From contig CM075977.1 of assembly GCA_038087875.1 (NCBI GenBank), positions 338,520,001 to 338,584,000 on the forward strand: DNA of 64,000 bases. Reading direction: 5' to 3'. The notes under the pieces are model-generated. The model saw only the letters and a program-made list of their open reading frames with translations. It was not told where the DNA came from and did no database searches. Positions 59,671-64,000 of the stretch are shown in pieces (position 1 is the stretch's first letter; each line of letters opens with the position of its first letter). This stretch comes from Malacoraja senta (Eukaryota). The translations under genes and the position numbers were made by a program.

Positions 59671-60640
59671 TTAGCATCTACATTTGAGTTCTAATCCTTA
59701 ATGAATACATGAAAAATAATAGACTTAATAGTAGTGAACCATGCAGAATTTCAAAGCACTCTTATTCACCTTTTCCACTGAACTGTATTTTTGCTCTAGG
59801 TTATCTCCACTTAAATTCCAGAGGCTTTTATTTTCCTGATCACTGCCATATAAAACTTTGTCAAATGAAAAAACATAGATGGAATGGAATTAGTGTTAAG
59901 GACCGAATTCCACTCCATGAAACAGACATACATTGCTTGATCTTGCTGTCCTATTTAATCATAATTCAATGGAGAAATAAACTGAACACAAAAAAAGATT
60001 TGTACAGAAAGATAATAGATAAACATTAAAAGGTTATGAAAATATTATAGTGGATAACGTAAAAATAATCCAAATGTCTTTTAATGTAAAAATCATGGAC
60101 GATGCCCAAACAAGTGACTACTTCATACAAGCTGAAACCATGGCTGAAGTGCAGAATTTTACATCTTTCATCAAAGAGAGGTCGGCTCTAAATAGGTAGA
60201 GTAGGAAGTAATAGTAAGATTGGAAAGAGTAGGGAGAGGAAATACTTAAAAGTTTTTCAGTGTTGAATATAAACATATTTCCCACTGTTGATAAAATACA
60301 TCCTTAGTTAAGGGAAGCAAAAGTGGAAATAGTAGAAACTCTTGGCTCATTCTTCTAATTCTCCTTAGACACTAGAGTGGTATGAGAAGATTACAAAGAT
60401 TGAAATCCCGTTGTAAAAAAAAGTTAAAACTTGGCAATTAATGGTCAATCCGAATAATATCCATTGTTGTGAAGTCAAAACCGGCAGGCCTGATTGTCAA
60501 TTAGAATGTGCTTCATGGTGAATGTATTGTGATTCATATGTAAACAAAATTTCAGAAAATCGACCCCAATAACATTTAAGGGGCAACTATTGCATAGATA
60601 ACAGCTAAAGGGCATAAAGTAGAATGGATAAGCAAGGATA

Positions 60641-61242
60641 GTAGACAATAGGTGCAGGAGTGGGCCATTCGGCCCTTCGAGCCAGCACCACCATTCAATG
60701 CGATCATCCACAATCAGTAACCCGTTCCTGCCTTCTTCCCATATCCCGTAACTCCACTATCTTTGAGAGCCCTATCAAGCTCTCTCTTGAAAGTATCCAG
60801 AGAACCGGCCTCCACCGCCCTCTGAGGCAGAGAATTCCACACTCACAACTCTCTGTGTGAAAAAGTGTTTCCTCATCTCTGTTCTAAATGCCTTATTGCT
60901 TATTCTTAAACTGTGACCCCTGGTTCTGGACTCCCCCAACATTGGGAACATGTTTTCTGCCTCTAACGTGTCCAAACCCTTAATAATCTTATATGTTTCA
61001 ATTAGATCCCCTCTCATCATTCTAAATTCCAGAGTATACAAGCCCAGCCGCTCCATTCTCTCAGCATATGACAGTCCCGCCATCCCGGGAATTAACCTTG
61101 TAAACCTACGCTGCACTCCCTCAATAGCAAGAATGTTCTTCATCAAATTAGGGGACCAAAACTGCACATAATACTCCAGGTGTGGTCTCACTAGGGCCCT
61201 GTACAACTGCAGAAGGACCTCTTTGCTCCTATACTCAACACC
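60641..61242 (-). mobile_element. CR1 LINE 3' fragment, inserted in an older plus-strand CR1 remnant (~60000-62060)
   Basis: ORF 60775..61206(-): YRALVRPHLEYYVQFWSPNL..RGDLIETYKIIKG..TRGHSLRI. Confidence 0.92.
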
Positions 61243-64000
61243 TCAGTATTGGGACCATTGCTCTTTGTGCTGCTTTGGTTTTGGTCCACATCATTTTAAA
61301 GTTTGCAGGTGTTTTGAAACCTGTAAAATTATTAAACTATAAATATGATTTTAACAGACCTGGTGAATATAGCAGGAATGATAAAAATGTAATGCAGAGA
61401 AGTGTGAAGTGGTTCATTTTTATAAAAAAGAATAAGGGTCATTATGAAATAAGTAGAACAATTTTAAAGAGGCTGCAAGAGTTGTGGATCTCTGAAGATG
61501 GGACCATCAAAAAAATATATAGGATCTTGATTTTATGAATAGAGGTATGGCAAATAAAAAGGAAGCAAAGTTAAATTCATTTATGCCCTGGTTAGAATAT
61601 TATTTCAACCTCAGTGTATTACACTTCAAGAACGATGTTATAGACACAGAAGTGTAGATTTGCAATTATTGCATCGAGCATGAGGGACTAAAGTTACATG
61701 GAAGATTCATGTAAGCTGAGTTTTTCTCTCCTTACAGTGGAGAAGATTTAGAGGAGATTTGAGTATGGTGTTCAAAATCACCAGAAGATTCATGTATAAG
61801 GTAATTGGCAAACAAATCAGATGCTACACGAGGAAACATTATTTACTGGACAACCTGTTATCTGCAATGCATTATCTAAAAGAATGCTGTAAATAAATAC
61901 AGTAATAATAAAATTAGGTAAATACTTGAAAAGGGACACATTTTAATGTTGTGGAGAGAGAACAGGGACATGGGACCAATTGGATAGTTCATTCAAGATC
62001 CAGCACAGTCACAATAGCTCAAATGGTATCCTATGTCATGTCATTCCATGATTCTGTTTTCTAGTTACTCAATTAGACCCTGTAAAGTGTGTATGTCAGA
62101 CCTATTTCCTTTTGCATGTGCCTATCTGTATTTTTGGTATTCCAGTTATTTTTTGAGAATAGCTAGAATCTTCCTTTTTTCCTAAATGTAACTGGACTAT
62201 AAAATTTCCGGTGCAAAGTGAAAAAAAAATGCGCTTCCTAACAGTACCTCGTCTCCTGATCAAGAAAACATCATTTAGTATGAGATTGGGTGGCAAAACA
62301 AAATTAACATTCACCTTTGTTCCTGATATTCTTCTCTTTTCCCCTGTTCTCTTCTTGCTCCTTTCCCTTCCTTATTCCATCACTACCCTTTCCCCAACCC
62401 TGCATTGTTTCATTGCTTTCAGCAGCGGGGTGGCAAGGGAATTGCTGAGAAGATGCATCCCTGATTAGGAGACAGACACTTTGCGGTAAGAACTAAAGAC
62501 AGCTTTGCTTTCAGATACATCTTTATATTTTCTCAAGTTGGAGTAGCATGCATGCTGAAGGATAAATTGTAAATTGTCTTGGAATATATTCATGCAGAGG
62601 CATAATCACTCTAGTGATCACTTTATTTCATTATGTCTGGCCTGAATATTCAGATTAAAATATCCTCAGTTTCTAATTTTTTGTGATGGTATAAATTTTA
62701 ATTATTTAATAATGAAGAAAATAATGAAATAAAATATTGGAACTACCAAATCAAACATCAAAAAAATAAAAGTATACATAAGCTATTCAGCTCCTTGTAC
62801 CTGCTCTGCTATTCAATAAGATCATGGCTGGCCTATACCTCTGCACAATTTTTCTTCACTTATCCTTTATCCTTTGATTCCCTTCATATCTAAAATTGTA
62901 TTAATCTCGGTCTGAATATACTAAGTGATTGAACCTCCACTGCCCTCTTTAGTAGACAATTCCAAAGATTCACTAATTTCAGGGTGATGGCACCTTTTCT
63001 CGATTCTGTCATGAATGGTAACTCTGACCTATTGATAGGCCAGCCACAGGTCAGTGAGGTTTAGTATTGAAAAAAAAACAGCTTTGTGTTTTAAATGTAT
63101 ATGCAATGGAAACTGAAAATAATTCGCTGCCTTAATAAGACTGAAATAAACAAAGGGGTGGGAAGTAAGTAGAAAATGAACTGACAAACGCAGTGACTAA
63201 TGGATAGAAGGTAAGAACTAAAAAGCAAACTGCAATGGAAAATGAAAGAGGTGAAAGAAATGGGAATAATGGGAAATGGACCTGTTCCCGCAATGTGTCT
63301 AAACTAAACCAAACTAAATTAAACTAAACCTTGCTAATAAAATATGATTCTCTGGAACATATTTCTAGATGAGATATGGTTAAAGGAAATCACCAGGCCT
63401 CCAGGGTACCTGTGAATCTAGTTCTTGATACATGAGAGCAGGAGAAATTATCATTAATAGGGAATAGATGAAGATGTTCATAATTGAGTTAATGTTGTTC
63501 AAACATCATGATGCGTTATACAGAATGTCCCAAGTGATTAGAATTGGTTACTGTCAAGATCTGTAATCTTAATTGGATCCAAAGTGGAAAGGTAAAATTT
63601 AAGGACATTATTTAGATGTTGGTGTTGATAAATTCTTGTCAAAATGGTTTCCTCCATAATTATCACCATTAGCTAGGTTTCTTACCTTAAATGCCCAACA
63701 TAAAACGCAGCTGCAGTACACCCAAATCACCTTGATCTTTTACATCAGTTCAATTATTTGAATGAACCTCTGCTCATAAGACTTGAAGGATCCCCCTTTC
63801 TCAAAATTGAGTGTCCTCTAAAAATGTATTTTTGTTGAATGTCCTACTAAAATTGAACTGATTCATCTGATAACAATGATTAAATGAGTGGAAACCTCAA
63901 CTTTTTAATATGTTTTGGAATTTGTAAACTTGGCATAATCCCTCAGCAGCAAGGAAAGAAGAGATTCAGAGAAATATACTAAGGCATTTTTGGCATTTCT

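Overview
Eukaryotic, AT-rich vertebrate genomic DNA. The repeat content (HE1/V-SINE-like tRNA SINEs, abundant CR1/HER1-like LINE pieces, Penelope-derived short elements) points to a cartilaginous fish, probably a skate or ray (inference). One host gene is visible: LCORL (ligand-dependent nuclear receptor corepressor-like) on the + strand. Six coding exons (exons 2-7 by the human numbering as I recall it) splice cleanly in frame at 17818-17883, 26027-26106, 33026-33158, 40146-40400, 46269-46365 and 52981-54031, followed by a long AT-rich 3' UTR. Exon 1 lies upstream of the window, and no PALI2-type long alternative exon is visible. Almost all other ORFs are transposon debris: CR1, Rex1/Babar, RTE and Penelope retroelements, a full-length but inactivated Tc1 IR/DR transposon, hAT and PIF/Harbinger MITEs, and two unclassified inverted-repeat elements. 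The most notable observations are: (1) a family of ~90-230 bp Penelope-derived inserts that begin at a minimal hammerhead-ribozyme motif with stem covariation, two of them with their own target-site duplications; (2) a TAG...CTA DNA element with an unusual 7-bp TSD; (3) fold-back hairpins at the 5' truncation points of two different LINEs; (4) an in-frame upstream splice acceptor and clustered QKI/branch-point motifs in front of the LCORL HTH exon. There are no prokaryotic systems, CRISPR arrays or intact RNA genes. I found no clearly new protein-coding system.
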